Below, one piece after another: positions 36,652 through 49,700 of a stretch of DNA of 64,000 bases. Below the pieces are notes generated by a model. The model saw nothing but the letters and a program-made list of their open reading frames with translations, had not been told where the DNA came from and searched no databases. The position numbers and the translations under genes were made by a program. This stretch comes from Carcharhinus amblyrhynchos (lineage: Eukaryota), in contig OZ336884.1 in NCBI GenBank assembly GCA_965287045.1, positions 54,746,001 to 54,810,000 on the forward strand, given 5' to 3'. Position 1 is the first letter of the stretch; every line of letters starts with the position of its first letter.

Positions 36652-37474
36652 TAAGAACATAAGAAATAGAAGCAGGAGTAGGCCATCTAGCCCTTCAAGC
36701 CTGCCCCGCCATTCAATAAGATCATGGCTGATCTGAAGTGGCTCAGTTCCATTTTCCCGCTTTCTCCCCATAGCCCTTAATTCCCTTGCCTACCAAAAGC
36801 CTATCCACCCGTGTCTTAAATATATTTAGTGAGGTAGCCTCTACCACATCAACGGGCAGAGAATTCCAGAGATTCACCACCCTTTGAATGAAGAAGTTCC
36901 TCCTCAACTCTGTTCTAAACTGCCACTCCCTTATCTTGAGGCTGTGCCCTCTAGTCCTGCTGTCCTTTCTGAGCGGGAAGAATCTCTCTACCTCTACCCT
37001 ATCCATCCCCTTCATTATCTTATACGTCTCTATAAGATACCCCCTCATCCTTCTAAACTCCAACGAGTACAAACCCAGTCTATTCAGCCTCTCTTCATAG
37101 TCCAACCCCCTCATCTCCAGTATCAGCCTAGTGAACCTCCTCTGCACTCCCTCCAAGGCCAAAATATCCTTGTGCAAGTGCGGCGACCAAAACTGCACAT
37201 AGTACTCCAGCTGCGGCCTCACCAGTGCCCTGTACAGTTGCAGCAAGACCTCCCTTCTTTTATATTGAATTCCCCTCACTATGAAGGCCAGCATCCCATT
37301 TGCCTTCCTGATCACCTGCTGCACCTGCAGGCTGGGTTTTTGCGACTCATGCACAAGGACCCCCAGGTCCCTCTGCACCGTAGCATGCTGCAGCTTTTCG
37401 CCCTTTAAATAGTAGTCCCTCTTACTATTATTCTTGCCAAAGTGGATAACCTCACACTTGCTAACATTGTACAT
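36652..37474 (-). mobile_element. Young 5'-truncated CR1 LINE with an uninterrupted ORF2 C-terminus (243 aa)
   Basis: NVSKCEVIHFG..RDLGVLV..LYRALVRPQLEYYVQFWSP..RVVNLWNSLP. Candidate TSD CATTTAA at 36648 and 37472. Confidence 0.95.
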
Positions 37475-37906
37475 TTAACATGGGTAATGTAGCTCATCCA
37501 ACTAAGAAAAAATCTGGGGAATTTTGGTCAAGAGCCCAAGTGACCTTCCCTTGGCATGCCTCTAAGAATTTGTCTAATTTGCTGATTTATTTTACAAATC
37601 ACAGTTGCATGCAATCTTTGCTAAGATATATCATGCTGTACTTTGAATCTGGAATTTAACCTACTTTATATTCTTTAATATTTTAATGTATTAAAGTATT
37701 TTGCATTTTGTTGATTTTACAAAGCATTTACAAGTCATACTTTGTAACAATATGATTGCATTTAAATTCTCCAGTTTATGTTGCAGTACCCTTTCAATTT
37801 CTGATGATCACAATTTATTGTGTAATTTCCCTGTAATAATTTATGCTTTATGAGATTGCAAAGAATATTTCTGCAATTAAAGGATAATTCATGTTGTACA
37901 ATATAG

Positions 37907-38241
37907 GGGCAACATGGTGGCATAGTGATTAGCATTGCTGCCTCACAGCACAAGGGATCTGGGTTCAATTCCAGCCACGGGCCACTGTCTGTGTGGAGTT
38001 TATACATTTTGTGTGTGTGTATGTGCGTGGGGTACCTCTGGGTACTCCGGTTTCCTCCCACAGTCTAATGATGCACAGATTAGGTTGATTGGCAATGATA
38101 AATTGACCCTATTGTCAGGAGATAAGCAGAGTAAATATGTGGGATTACACTCCATGTTACAGGAATAGGGCCTGCATGGGATTGTTCTCGGTACATACTA
38201 GATGGGCCGAATAGCCTCCTTCTGAACTGTAGGGATTCTAT
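37907..38241 (+). mobile_element. HE1-type V-SINE
   Basis: A/B-box head (TGGCATAGTG..GGTTCAATTCC), V-domain and tail GATGGGCCGAATAGCCTCCTTCTG. Confidence 0.9.
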
Positions 38242-38337
38242 AGTAATTAAAGTATATATTTTATATGATTTTTAAATATACTGTCTTAGAAGGACCTGAA
38301 GTTAAGATGGAAATATACTCTTATTGTACTGCATTCT

Positions 38338-39482
38338 GGGCCGCAATTCTCCCAAAAGTGCTGAACTGGCAGGAAAACTGTTCCAAATCCTGACTGTTTT
38401 GTCAGTTCCGCTTCTCACCTGAATCTCCGCACTCTAAGCACCGCAGAGGTCCCTGTTGTGAATATCATAAAAACCCGGGGCGGGGGGGCCTATTCGTGCC
38501 AGAGTCTGACAGTTCTGGAACTCTGTGTGTGCCGTGGTCCCAATCTGTCAGACAGCCCGTTTGCTGGACAGCTCAATCACTGGCCAGCCTGGGACCACTG
38601 GAGTGCTGCCCCTCCAGCCCTCTCTCATGGCCCAATCGCAGCCCCCGCTGCAATTCACATGCCACCCCTCCATCCCAGAGCACCTGATGTACAGCCTCCC
38701 CCCCCCGCCCCCCCCCGCAGTGGTGATCCCTCCACTCCCCTCATCCCTGCAGACCCCTCGGGAGACAGACTCCCCCACCCCCACCCCCCCCCCCCCCCGA
38801 GTCCACCCCAATTACTGCCCTCGCTCTATCCCAGACTGATTCTGTCTGCAGAGTGGCAGTGAGATCCCCCCCACTCTCACTGATTGCCCCTAGGCCCATA
38901 GTGTGCCCCACCCCTTGGCACTGCCTGATGCCAGGTGGACAGTGTCAAGGTGCTTCCTGGCCATGGGCACTTTGCCCCTTGGGCAGTGCCGGGGGCACAG
39001 GCTGGCACTGCCAGAGTGCCCATGTCCAGGGGGCACCATCCTCTCGCCGCCCGACCCCCTGGGGACTCCCGATTGCCTCCCTTCATTCCAACAGGGTCTC
39101 TTGCTTGTTCCCTGAACATGGGGAGCCAGTCTGAACCCCGCTGGAATGAAGTATTCGTGGAGGGGTGTTAGATTCGATTGGTACCTGAAAGGTCCCAATA
39201 ATGACCTGCTAAACATACTTAAAATGCATTTTAAAAAGATTTAGAAAGATTTACCTCCCTTCCTGCAAGTTTCCAGTGTGGCCTGACCGACGACTGTTCT
39301 CCGACTCTGGGAAATGTGCATGTGTTCCTGGCGTATGTGCAAATCCCAGTACCAAGCCGATGACACGCATCTCTCTCCTCGACCCACCAGAAAAGTTGTG
39401 GGTCGTAATGGGAGAAGTGCAGCACGAACCCAAATATTTGTAAAACTCTTTACTCTCTCGCTAAGCCCTGGGAAATCGGCCA
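38338..39482. mobile_element. Harbinger-type non-autonomous element (~1.1 kb)
   Basis: Ends GGGCCGCAATTCTCCCA / TGGGAAATCGGCCA; C-rich interior with recurrent GGCACTGCC / GGCAGTGCC motifs. Confidence 0.7.
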
Positions 39483-40027
39483 CTGTCAAGCTGCATCAGG
39501 TCCACGGAAGTTTCTGATTCAGCTCAGTGTAATAAGCACAGCAAGTGAACAAAACATATTTGAAACACAAGTCAATTGACAAAACCATAACCTCTTCTCG
39601 TATACGAACATGAGAAATAGGAGCGGGTAAAGATAGTATGACCCCTCATTCAGCAGGATCGTGGTTGACCTTGGGCCTCAATTCCACTTTCCTGCTTGTT
39701 CCCTGTATCCCTTGATTCCCCTGAGGTACCAAAGATCTGTCTATCACAGCCTTAAAAGATTCAATGATGGAGTGTCCTCAACGCTCTAGCATAGAGAAAT
39801 GCAAAGAGTGAGTGAAAAACATTCACCTTCTCTCAGTCCCCTAGTTAATTGCTAACATTTTGTGCTCCATCTACGGCTACATCTACCTCTCTCTGAATAA
39901 CTTTTGCAAGTCTTATGCTTTTTAAGAAATCTTCCATTGAGTAAATGCAAATCACATATAAAGACCATTGTTTAGTTTGGCTTCACCTATGTGTGTGAAC
40001 TACATTTTGTTTCTGAATTTTTAAAAT

Positions 40028-41050
40028 TCATTCATGGAATGTGGGTGCCACTGGCTAGGCCAGCAGTTATTGCCCATCCCCAGTCGCCCTTGTGAAGGTG
40101 GTGGTAATCTACCATTGTGAACCCCTGCAATCCATGTGGTGAAGGTAGACCGACAGCGCTGTTAGGGAGGGAGTTCCAGGATCTTGACCAGGCAATAGTG
40201 AAGGAAGGACGATATATTTCCAAGTCAGGATGCAGAGTGGTTTGGAGGAAACTTCCAGATTGTGGTGTTCCCATGTGTCTCCTGCCTTCGTTCTTCTAGA
40301 TGGTTATGGTTGTTAGATTGGAAGGTACCGTCCAAAGAGTCTTGATGAGATCCTGCAGAACACCTTGTAGAAAGTACACACTGTTGCTACTGTGGGGCGG
40401 TGTTGGAGGGAGTGGATGTTTGGGAATATGGTGACAATCAGGTGGGTTGCTTTGTCCTGGATACTGTCAAGCTTCTTGAATGCTGTTGGAACTGCACTCA
40501 TCCAGACAAGGGGAGAGTATTCCATCACACTGCTGATTTGAGTCTTATAGATGATGGACTGGCTTTGGGGAGTCAGGAGATAGTTATTCACTGCTGGATG
40601 CCTAACCTCAGACCTGTTCTTCCAGCCACAGTATTTATATGGCTAGTCCAGTGAAATTTCTGGTCAATAGTAACTCCCAGGATGCTGATAAAGCTTAAAG
40701 TTTATTTATTAGAGTCACAAGTAGGCTTACATTAACACTGCAGTGTAGTTACTGTGAAAATCCCCTAGTTGTCACACTCCGGTGCCTGTTTGGGTACACT
40801 GAGGGAGAATTTAGCATGGGCAATGCACCTAACCAGCACGTCTGTGGGAGGAAACCAGAGCGCCTAGAGGAAACCCTCGCAGACACAGAGAGAATGTGCC
40901 AACTCCATGCAGACAGTGACTCAAACCAGGAATCGAAACCCCGTTGTAGATGCTATGACACAGCAATGCTAACCATTGTGCCATTGTGCCAATAGTAAGG
41001 GATTCAGCAATGGTAAATGTCACCAAATGTCAAAGGGAAATCCTTGGATT
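40028..41050 (-). mobile_element. CR1/L2-group LINE 3' end (split by a SINE)
   Basis: ORFs contain IYKTQISSVMEYSPLVWMSA and SRSWNSLP; antisense tail TTATTGCCCATCCC. Confidence 0.8.
40691..40990 (-). mobile_element. V-SINE variant with a non-CR1 (Rex1-like) tail
   Basis: tRNA head and V-domain as in HE1, but the tail reads GGGGATTTTCACAGTAAC..TACTTGTGACTCTAATAAATAAAC. Confidence 0.8.
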
Positions 41051-41763
41051 CCGGAGGTGATTTTCCAATCTCAACACACCTGCCACAGATCACGCTGATC
41101 CTGGTAAGTAGTGTGTGAGCCTAAAACATCGGTTCCCGCCCGGCACCAAAAGGTTTGCAATCATCCTAGCCCCTTTCTACTGGCACAAACCAGATCATGC
41201 CCAGCAAGTATGAAAGGGTAATTAGCATGAGATTGACTTGATTTGAATTTCATTAGTGAGTTTGGCATACGATTGCTCGCTTCTGCCGGAATGTTCCCAC
41301 TTCGCCAAGGGGACGATACGTGGGTGTGAATTTCTAGCGGACAGCAGGCACAATGACCATGATGGGGAGTCTTGGAGGTCAATTGAAACCCTTGGATGGT
41401 CAAAGGCATAGTTGATTAGTGCCTATTGGTGCCTGACAGCATCAATCTGGCACATTGGCAGTGCCTACTGGACACCTGGGCAGTACCAGTTATGCACAAC
41501 CAGTGTCCCAGGGATAGTGCCAAGGGAGTGTGACCTGAGTGGGCGTGAAGCCTGAGCAGAGACTATGGCGGGGGGGAGAGCTATGCAGAGGGTGCTGTGA
41601 CAGGGTGGTCATGCAGGCATATGGGTTCCCATTGCAACACCTGCAAATCGAAGGAAGCGAATGGAATAAAAGGAGAAATCGATAAACGAGAGAACGACTT
41701 CAACCAGGTAGGTTGATGAACGAGGGAACTGGGTGGGTTTCCATTCAAGGAAGCAGGGCCCTC

Positions 41764-42628
41764 AGACCAATTTAATGAATCATTAATCCAGGATTTTAAC
41801 AACTTGTGTCAGTTTTACCGATTACTCATTCGTTGTCTAGTACATGGGCCATTGTCATTGCAGTGAACTATGACTTCACCTCTGGCCACTTCCAGTCAGT
41901 TAGGTTACCAAAGCAAATAATGCAGAAGCTGGGAATCTTAAATGAAAACAGAAACTGTTGAAAGGTAATTGACCTGAAATATTAATTCTGTTTTCCTCTC
42001 TCCAGGTGCTGCAACTTACCAGCGTTTTCTGTTTTTATTGGACGGATGGAAGGTTGGTTTCATGATATCACCATGTGTAACTTTAAGACTCAACCTAACT
42101 TGAGCTTGTTTAAGAATTAGCAAGGCAAACTATAGAAATGCAGAGCAGTGAAGAAACATGTAGTACTATTGTAAAGACATGGCATTTAATATTTTATGAT
42201 ATAAAAGCTGGCAATTTAAACATAAGTAACGTGATCAGCACAGACATATTGGGCAGATTGTTCTGCTCTCGATCACCCCATCCCTGCTGCCAGTGGGAAT
42301 GGAGAATCTGTCACTCAGTCTAATCTCCATTCGCCGTGGTGGCAATGGAGACCAATTTAGTGAATCATTAATCCAGGATTTCAACAATTTGAGTCAGTTT
42401 TACCGATTACTCATTTGTTGTCTAGTACGTGGGCCATTGTCATTGCAGTAAGATATGACTTCACCTCTGGCCACTTCCAGTCAGTTAGATTCAGATACCA
42501 AAGCAAATAATGCAGAAGCTGGGAATCTTAAATAAAAACAGAAACTGTTGAAAGGTAATTGACCTGAAATGTTAATTCTATTTTCTGTCACTCAGCCTAA
42601 TCTCCATTCACTGCGGTGGCATTGAAGA
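41764..42628 (+). repeat. ~232-bp displaced direct duplication with ~44-bp flanking duplication
   Basis: 41764-41995 recurs at 42349-42585, and 42308-42351 recurs at 42585-42628. Confidence 0.9.
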
Positions 42629-42713
42629 GGTTTCTGGTGATTGTGTCCTGCGCTCCTCTGAAGCTGCACTAGGTATCCAAATATTTAAGGATAGTTTTTA
42701 TGTTTGACATATT

Positions 42714-43650
42714 GGGCGGAATTTTCAGAAGAAGTTTCTAAGTATCATAACTGTGTGAAAACAAGAGTTCTCCATGTCAGTCTTTTGGGCGAACTCAGCA
42801 CTCCAATCTTCTGGCATTGTCAATTTCTTTGACAATTGTGAGCTCCTTCATTGGGGGGGTGCCAAAGTATGCCGGTGAACTAGGCTTCAGATACTTGAGC
42901 ACGATTGGGCAGGGTGCCCCATTCTGCTTGTAAAGTGGGAGACCTCCTCCCATCACCCCCAAGGACATTAGACTCCCCCCACATCATCGGCGATAGCATT
43001 ACCTCCCAGTTAATACAGGTTGCCAGAAATGGGGCATGAGAACCCTCCCGATGAGTCCCCTGGCATGTCTCCCATGTCATGACCCCACTCCACTATACAG
43101 CTCCTCCCCCACACAACCATACCACCTTACCACCCTTTGCACAATCATCCCACTTGTCAAGTTATCCCATTGCATAGACCTACCCCCCACATAAGCCCTT
43201 TGTTATTGTGCATTGCCTCCCACCCAACCCTACTCAGGCCCCCCTCACTCAGCCCACACCCGCTTTGCACTTTTCCTGGCACATTTGTGCTCAGAGCACT
43301 ACCAGAGTGCCAGTTGGGTGTCGTCAGGCTGGCAAAGCCCAATGGACACTACATGGCCTTACCTACGACCACCCCAGGGTTTCAGTGGCCTCCAGTCCCC
43401 CCAGTGTGGCCATGGTGCCATGAATAGCAGTGATTCTTGAAAACCCTGTTTTGTTGGCGTGGTGGGAAGCAGCCATGCTGAACCAGGTGAGAACATGTTA
43501 ATGTAGTCAATTCTATGTAAATAGGCTTTGTGCCTTCCTGGGCGCAAGTCCATTCTCACCAGTTAAAGGGGTCGGGATGCAAATCGATTCTTAGCCCTCT
43601 CATGCTATCTTCCCAGCTTGCCACACTGATTGACTGGTGCGATGAGGTTC
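42714..43650. mobile_element. Decayed Harbinger-type MITE
   Basis: Left end GGGCGGAATTTTC..TTTCTAAGT resembles 35098; right end indistinct. Confidence 0.5.
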
Positions 43651-43679
43651 TTTGCACTTCCGGAATTAATAACCTGGAT

Positions 43680-45090
43680 TGACAACAAGTTATATTTATG
43701 TCAAGCCTTTAACATAATGAAATGTTTTAAGTTGCTTCAGAGGAGCTTTTATGAAGCAAAATTTCACACACAACACAATCAGGGCAGATGAACAAATGCT
43801 CGATCAAAGCAGTAGGTTTTAATGAAACTCTTAAAAGAGGAAAGATGTGGAATCCCTACAGTGCAGAAGGAGGCCATTCAGCATCTCAGGTCTGCACCAA
43901 CAACAATCCCACCGAGGCCCTATCCCTGTAATCCCACTTATTTACCCCACTAATTCCTCTAACCTACGCATCCCGGGACAGTAAGGGGCAATTTAGCATG
44001 GCCAATGTATCTAATCAGCACATCTTTGGATTGTGGGAGGAATCCAGAGCAACTGAAGGAAACCCACATAGGAAGGGGAGAATGTGCAAACTCCACACAG
44101 ACAGTGACCCACGCCTGGAATTGAACCCAGTTCCCTGGGGCTGTCAGGCGGCTGTGTTAACCACTGTGCCCGCCGAAGAGGCAGAGAAGTTTAAGGAGTG
44201 AAGGAATTCAGAGTGCAGCGCCTGCGCAGCTGAAAACACAGCCATCAAAGATGAAGTGATTGAAATTCGAGAATCTGAAGAGGTTAGAATTAGATGAGGG
44301 CTAGAAATAGGAGGGTTATAGAGATAGGGAGGGTTAAGGCTAAACAGAGATTTGAAAACAAGGATGAGAATTTAAAATTGTTTAACTGGGATCATATTTA
44401 GATCAGTTAACACAGAAAGGATAGAGAACCAAGATGTGGTCCAACTCAGAAAATAGGCAGCAGAGTTTGGATGGTTCAAGTTAAGGATGGGTTTCCGTGA
44501 GAGTTCAGCTACTTAGAGGTAACAAAGGCATAGATAAGGGTTTCAGCAGCAGATAATCTGATACGGGCAAAGGTGGGCAATGTTACAAAGGTGGATAAAG
44601 GCAGCTTTAGGGATGGTGCAGATATGTAGTTGGGAGATGATGTGGGGTTAGATACGACACCAAGAGCACAAACAGTCTGGTTCAGCCTCAGTTAGTTGCC
44701 AGGGAGAGGGGTGGAGTTGGTGGTGATGTCCGAAGACAGTGGCTTAAGTCTTCTCAGCATTTAATTGGAGAAAATTGCTTCACATTCAGTATTCAATGTC
44801 AGATAAGCAGTCTGATAATTTTGTGACAGTTAAGAAGTCAAGAGAAATGGTGTGAGTAAGAACTGTGTGTTGTCAGCCCACATGTGAAAACTAACAGTGT
44901 GTTTTCAGATCATGTTGTCAAAGGGCAGCTTGTAGATGGAAATTCAGAGGGGATCAAGGTTGGATCCATGAGGAGCACCAGAAGTAACAATGCGGGAGTG
45001 GGAAGGGAAGCTGGTGATGTTTTGACTTTGATTAGGTAAATCAAAATGAAATTAGGACAATGTAGTTGCACCCAGCTGGATGATAGCATT
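43680..45090 (-). mobile_element. L2 LINE fragment with nested HE1 SINE
   Basis: GAGATTTGAAAACAAGGATGAGAATTT shared with the 3640 copy. TGTCAGCCCACATGTG is a decayed antisense HMYADD-like RT motif. Confidence 0.7.
43850..44174 (-). mobile_element. HE1-type V-SINE
   Basis: Antisense V-domain and tRNA head. Confidence 0.9.
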
Positions 45091-45484
45091 GTGTGAGAAA
45101 CCCTGCTTGTAAAAGCTGTTTCTCCATTTCGTTCTAGATGCTGCTGTTGCCTGTAACTAGTGCCCGCCCCACCTTCCATTACCCTGAGCTAGCTTTAAAC
45201 ACGGTGAGTACTTGTGTTTACCTGATGCCCAATTGTTTCTGTCGAAGGCAAAGAGCTCACCTGCCTAACCTGTGGCAGAGGCCCAGTTGGCTCCATCATC
45301 TATTCAGTTGCCAATGCAGCTGAAGCTTGACCCTAAATCAACCAGTATTCAAACATGAGGCTCTTAAAAAAAAGAAAAATCAGGGCCTATAATGTATTTT
45401 AATTTTGCTCAATACCTACCAACACAATCTGTCATCTCCATGTGCAATTTGATAAACCCAGGTGTGGAATCGGAATATGATTGT

Positions 45485-45780
45485 GAACCCAGGTGGGTAA
45501 TCAGCCTGTGTCCACGAACCCAGGTGGGTAATCAGCCTGTGTCCATGAACCCAGGTGGGTAATCAGCCTGTGTCCACGAACCCAGGTGTGTAATCAGCCT
45601 GTGTCCACGAACCCAGGTGTGTAATCAGCCTGTGTCCACGAACCCAGGTGGGTAATCAGCCTGTGTCCATGAACCCAGGTGGGTAATCAGCCTGTGTCCA
45701 CGAACCCAGGTGTGTAATCAGCCTGTGTCCACGAACCCAGGTGTGTAATCAGCCTGTGTCCACGAACCCAGGTGGGTAAT
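45485..45780. repeat. 31-bp minisatellite, 9.5 copies
   Basis: Unit GAACCCAGGTG(G/T)GTAATCAGCCTGTGTCCA(C/T), head to tail with no spacers. Confidence 0.97.
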
Positions 45781-46784
45781 TGGATTGTGATGGCGACCCC
45801 AGGGTCCAGGCTCCAGAAATCATGAGATGAAAGATGTGCTCCTGGGTTCAGTGGGTCAAGTTCATGAACTAACAAAGGCTCTAAACTTGGCAGTTAGCAC
45901 CAAAAAAAAGGACATTTTAAAAAGTAGGTGGGAGTTAAGTTCCAATCTTCTACAACCAACTGGAGTACCAATACTGCTCACCTCTGAAAAATCTAACCTA
46001 TTTTCCTCTTGTATCTCAGGTAGGAGTGCTTAACATGATTGGATTAGCATCCCTTTCCAGCAAGATTACTATTACCACTGAATAAAAACTATAAACAAAC
46101 CCAGATATGATTTGTTTGTGAGGACATATAGTACATAACTATTCACTTTCTCTTTGCCACCCAGATCCATTTGGTTTCTCTTGAGCATTATGTAAATGTG
46201 CAAGATTCACATTATGTTAGATCATTTGTTAGGAAAATGGCGCTACTGCGTTTAATTGGCTTTCAGCAACGTAAGATAATTGTTGCAAGATCAAAGCTGT
46301 ATTCGACCCATTTTTTGTTAACAAAGATGATAAAATCGTGCCAGAAGCTAAGAAAATGTTTAACTAGTGTTTCAATTTTTTCCCATCTTTCTATACAGTT
46401 TGACTAAGAGAGAAAGTTCTTGGCACCAACTTCAACACATTATTTTTGAATTGCATTCAATTTAGCTAGATTTTGAACCAGATCCAAACACTTGTTGATT
46501 AAAATACTGACAGTTACAGGATGCTCTTATTTCATGAGAAGAATTTGTCCTTAAATGGGTACAGGATTTAGCATAAAGCATTTGGCAAAAACAAAATATG
46601 CTATTCACAGGAATAAATGTTCCAGAAACTCTTGGGGGACATCTAACAGTAATGATCCAGCAGAAACAGCGCAACTGGAGAGTTAAAATGCCTCAAGTTA
46701 CCTACCATCAGAAAGACCATTGAATCCTACTATTTTTGATCTTAGCAAAGGCTTTACAGGCATCCAAAAAAACCCCACCTAATT

Positions 46785-49700
46785 CTTACTTAAAACTTTG
46801 TTCCTCTGGTGCTGTGCGGACAATGGGCAGCAAGGTCCACTAACAGCCTAACTCCATTGCAATTTATTTTCCTTCAGCCCAGGTGGTGAACCTGTCAAGC
46901 AGCTTTTCAAATGCACATTTCCAGGTGTTAATTGGCTAGCCTTGTCTTCTTTCTTCCTTCTGGTGATCTCCATTCTACTGCCACCCTGGCACAATAGAGG
47001 TGTACATCTGTGAGGCAAGATATATATGTCCTGCCAGCCTCAGCCATCTCTCTGTCACAATGTCCTGCAGGTGCCTCTGACCAGTCCTCTGCAGCATTTC
47101 TTTACTAGCGATACTATCTCACCATGCGATGCCATGATCTTCTGTGGCAGCACCAGTTAACAACACCCAAATTTATCATTCTCCTTCATGTCTCACTGGC
47201 AATGTTTGTGGTTGATTCGACTAAGGATGTATAAGATTGCAGCTTCAAGGCCATATTGATACTCAGACCATGTGCAGATATTGGAAGACTGATGCTGATT
47301 GTCTACACAAGAATCAACCATCGATCTGTATATCAGCCTCCCTGGAGATATCACTTCCATGGTAGGAGAAGTAATGACCATTCTCAATGTTCTGTTCCCC
47401 AAGTAGCGATGGGAGAGTTTTGTTGCTGAACTGCTGTCTTTGTCTTTATGCAGATGATGCGTAGATCAACCTTGGTACTGCTACACTTGAGACTGATGAT
47501 TATGTCTTGGGGCATGTGCAATTCTATGACGAGTAAGACCACATCATCTGTGAAACCTGGATCAGTCAAACAGTGGTGTTGCTATGGGATATGCAAAGTC
47601 TACAGTCACCACGGTGTTCCCCATGATGAACTCAGTAACCAAGAGGAAAAGGAATGGGGAGAGTATGCAGGTAGCTGCATTTCTGTGATGATGTTTAAAG
47701 AATCTGTGATGGCCCTGCTGGACTTGCTGAAGCAGCTGGAGTCACAGTATAAGGCTTTGAAGAAGTGAACATACTGTTCCAGGATGCCTTGTAATGTACC
47801 AGAGTGACTGCTAATGGATGGGCTCATCCATTGCTTCTTGAAAGCAATGTGATAACAATTATCTTCTGTTACTGTAGGATCTGTTCTCTGATGTTTCTCT
47901 GCATAAAGATCTGCTCCCAGCATGATCTATCACGGCATAAACTTGCCTACTGTTCACAAAGGGTAGCATCTACTTTGGCTTTCAATCTGTTGAGCTACAT
48001 TGTGTATTCAAGTTCTCTTTTCTTAACAAATTTTTGTATTTACTATTTAAAATCTCCAAAAATGTGATTGGCATTTTTGACTCCTGGCTTCAGCACACAT
48101 CTTCTTGTAGTAAAATACAAATTGTAAACTGTTGTGATAGCTTGCCAAGTTCCCCTTTGATAAACTAACACCAGGACATTCTCTGTGATCCAGATCTTGT
48201 GGAACAGATCATGAACTCTGTAGTGACGGTATTTTTGCTATATTTCAATAACTTTTTTGGTATCTTGTCAATTCTAGGCACCTTGTTCTCCAGGCTCTTG
48301 ATTACTATTTGAACCTCTGGTCAGGCAATTTTGTCCAGGTTGATGTTCAGTTGTTGAGGTGCAGTGCTGTCACCAAACCTGAACATGGAGTTGGGGCTAC
48401 ACTGGTTGAGGATCTGCCAAAAGTGTTCCATCCAGCTTGCCTCCTGCTTCTCATCTGTCAGTTGTGTTCTGCCATCATTGCCCTTGATTGTTACAGTGGT
48501 GTTACTTCTTGCACCAGTCAGTTCCTATACAATCCTGTACATCATCTTGGAGTTATTCTAATTTGTTGCTTCTTATGCTTCTATCCATCCTTGTTTGTTC
48601 TCTGGCAGCTCTTCTTCACAGTTTTGTTCAGCCTTCTCTGTTTCTCATCATCTACTTGACTTTGCTCAACGTTATTTTCTTGGTCCCATTTGCTCCTGGC
48701 TAGCTTTCTTTCATTAATCAATTTCCCTCTTCGATCCTGGTTCAACATTTTTCTTGCCTCCTCTCCTTTGTCCAGTGGTGACTTCTGCACTCACCTTATT
48801 CCCTTTTTTGAAGATTTCCTATTTTTCTTCAAAATTTCCCAACCTGGGTGGTATTTTGAATTTGTTGGGATGGGTCTGCCAGAAAATGTATGACATGTCC
48901 ATGTCTTTCAGTTTCTCTATTGAAAATGGCCATTGTGACTTCATGGTGACTGACTATTTCAGCTCAGGTGGATCTTACTGAACTCAAGGTGGTGGTTCGA
49001 GCCTACATTAGCACCTCAACAAGTCTGGACAGCTTGTAGGGATGCTGATCCATATATATTATGGGGTGTTTCCATTTGGGGCCCTCCATGTCTTTTTGTG
49101 GATGTCTTCATGTTTGAAGAACGTATTCCCAATGCTGAACCCATTGTTATTGTAGAAGACCAGCAGACATTTACCATTTCCATTAAGCATACCTATTAAT
49201 CCATGCAGCCCATCCATACTGTTTGGTCCTTGCCTGTTATCATTGAGCTTAGCATTGAGGTCACTGATCCAGTTGCCTCATCCAGTATATTCTGTAATTG
49301 GTGGTAGAATACATCTTTCTTCTCTGCGTGTCTCTGTTGGTATATAAATTTGCATGACAGTGACTTTGATATGCCTTGTGTATAAACTAGTGGCAATGAT
49401 TCAATGGTTTACTGGCCTCCACCCAACTAATGCTTTTGCTGACCACCTGCTGCGTATGAGGCCAACTCCACGGATGTGGTATCCTTGCTTGGAGTACTGG
49501 ATTGTTGCGCCTTCACTACTGATTCATCCTTGTCTGTCCACTGAATCTCACTGAAGCCAAATACGTCAAGTTGATAGGTCCTTATCTCCTGTAGAACATT
49601 TTTCGCCACTGAGTGTTTGGATGTTTCAAGTGTTGATGATTTTGGAGTTGAGGATTGGGCTTCCCAAGAGTCAGATTTTCAGATTTATCCAATCCCTTTA

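Noticed and set aside
36743-37474. Longest ORF (243 aa) as a host gene
   Set aside because: It is the C-terminus of CR1 ORF2 in a 5'-truncated copy. The overlapping 174-aa + strand ORF is its antisense shadow.
37907-37980. tRNA genes
   Set aside because: The A/B-box segments are SINE heads fused to V or Deu domains and do not form a full cloverleaf.
38458-39216. Cluster of Pro/Gly-rich ORFs on both strands
   Set aside because: These arise from stop-poor, GC-rich MITE interior and show no domain motifs or splice structure. The same applies to 35181-35672 and 43137-43559.
45485-45780. CRISPR-like array of ~31-bp repeats
   Set aside because: Units are contiguous with no unique spacers, there are no cas genes, and the context is vertebrate; it is a minisatellite.
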